Shown piece by piece: positions 63,367 to 64,000 of a stretch of DNA of 64,000 nucleotides. The position numbers were made by a program, and so were the translations under genes. The notes beneath the pieces are model-generated. The model saw only the letters and a program-made list of their open reading frames with translations. It had not been told where the DNA came from and searched no databases. The stretch comes from Negaprion brevirostris. Lineage: Eukaryota. The stretch spans positions 11,442,296 through 11,506,295 of the forward strand of contig JARDVH010000110.1 in the NCBI GenBank assembly GCA_030324005.1, written 5' to 3'. How positions within the stretch are numbered: position 1 is the first letter of the stretch; every line of letters starts with the position of its first letter.

Positions 63367-64000
63367 CTCTTTGACTGGGGCAGGGAGAGAGGGAAAAAAA
63401 GAAAACCAGTCCCGCCCAACCTAGAAATACATACGTCTGCATTTCATTTCTGTGATGCAACCTACAGTTAAGCAGCTCGTCAATGCTCACTATCTTGGCT
63501 CAAACATGCAGATTGGACACCCGAATGGTGGCGCCATGTGTGGAACATTTACTATGATGTATGAACCTTCAGCAGAGGAAGGCAAATTATAAAAAAATAC
63601 TTTGGATGTCATAATTTCCAATTTACAAGTTGCAACCACTTTGAAAAAATCCTGACTTGACACACGCTGCTTAGGTAGTGTACACAGATAAATAGGTCTG
63701 TCAGAATGAGAAAATTATTATTCAAAATGCATGCAAAACAAACAGCCCCATAAAGTAAATTTATTGTTGTCTTGTGCTGATCATTATCCAGAAATAAGTT
63801 GTCTCTTCACAAAAAGTCATGTAAATGTTTTTATTGATTAACTCTTCAAAGAGCAGCACAACAGGGAATGTTTCAATGTCCTATATCTCAAGACTGGAAG
63901 TTTGCATCCATTGATATAACTATAAATTGCTTCTAATGCCATGCTTTACAGGCATTTTCAATAATAGCACGGCATAGTAAGGCAATGTATAGCCCTGTGA

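Noticed and set aside
31223-63419. Long ORFs in the track (e.g. 31223-31788, 39563-40344, 59507-60050, 62323-63419)
   Set aside because: Their length comes from N runs translated as X. Only the Penelope flanks have real coding signal.

Overview
Vertebrate nuclear DNA, almost certainly from a shark or other elasmobranch. The evidence is the repeat content: HE1-like V-SINEs, SacSINE1-like DeuSINEs, CR1, L2 and Rex1/Babar LINE ends, and Penelope elements. This is a draft short-read assembly with many N gaps. I recognise no host protein-coding exon, rRNA, genuine tRNA gene or CRISPR array, so the window reads as a large intron or gene desert. The only recognisable coding sequence is decayed retroelement ORF: CR1 ORF2 pieces, a Rex1/Babar C-terminus, and a Penelope RT plus GIY-YIG endonuclease at 62027-63366. 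The most notable signals are: (i) several minimal hammerhead-ribozyme motifs in Penelope terminal repeats, with a conserved core and different but paired stem II sequences; (ii) a family of short Harbinger-like MITEs with 3-bp target-site duplications; (iii) repeat-free blocks with developmental enhancer-like motif grammar (PBX-HOX plus MEIS, HOX13 plus FOX, RFX, DR1); (iv) an old local duplication; (v) an unexplained 244-codon gap-free ORF and a few candidate small exons. I found no convincing evidence of a wholly new biological system. Repeat family names are from recalled consensus features, not database searches, and boundaries are approximate.
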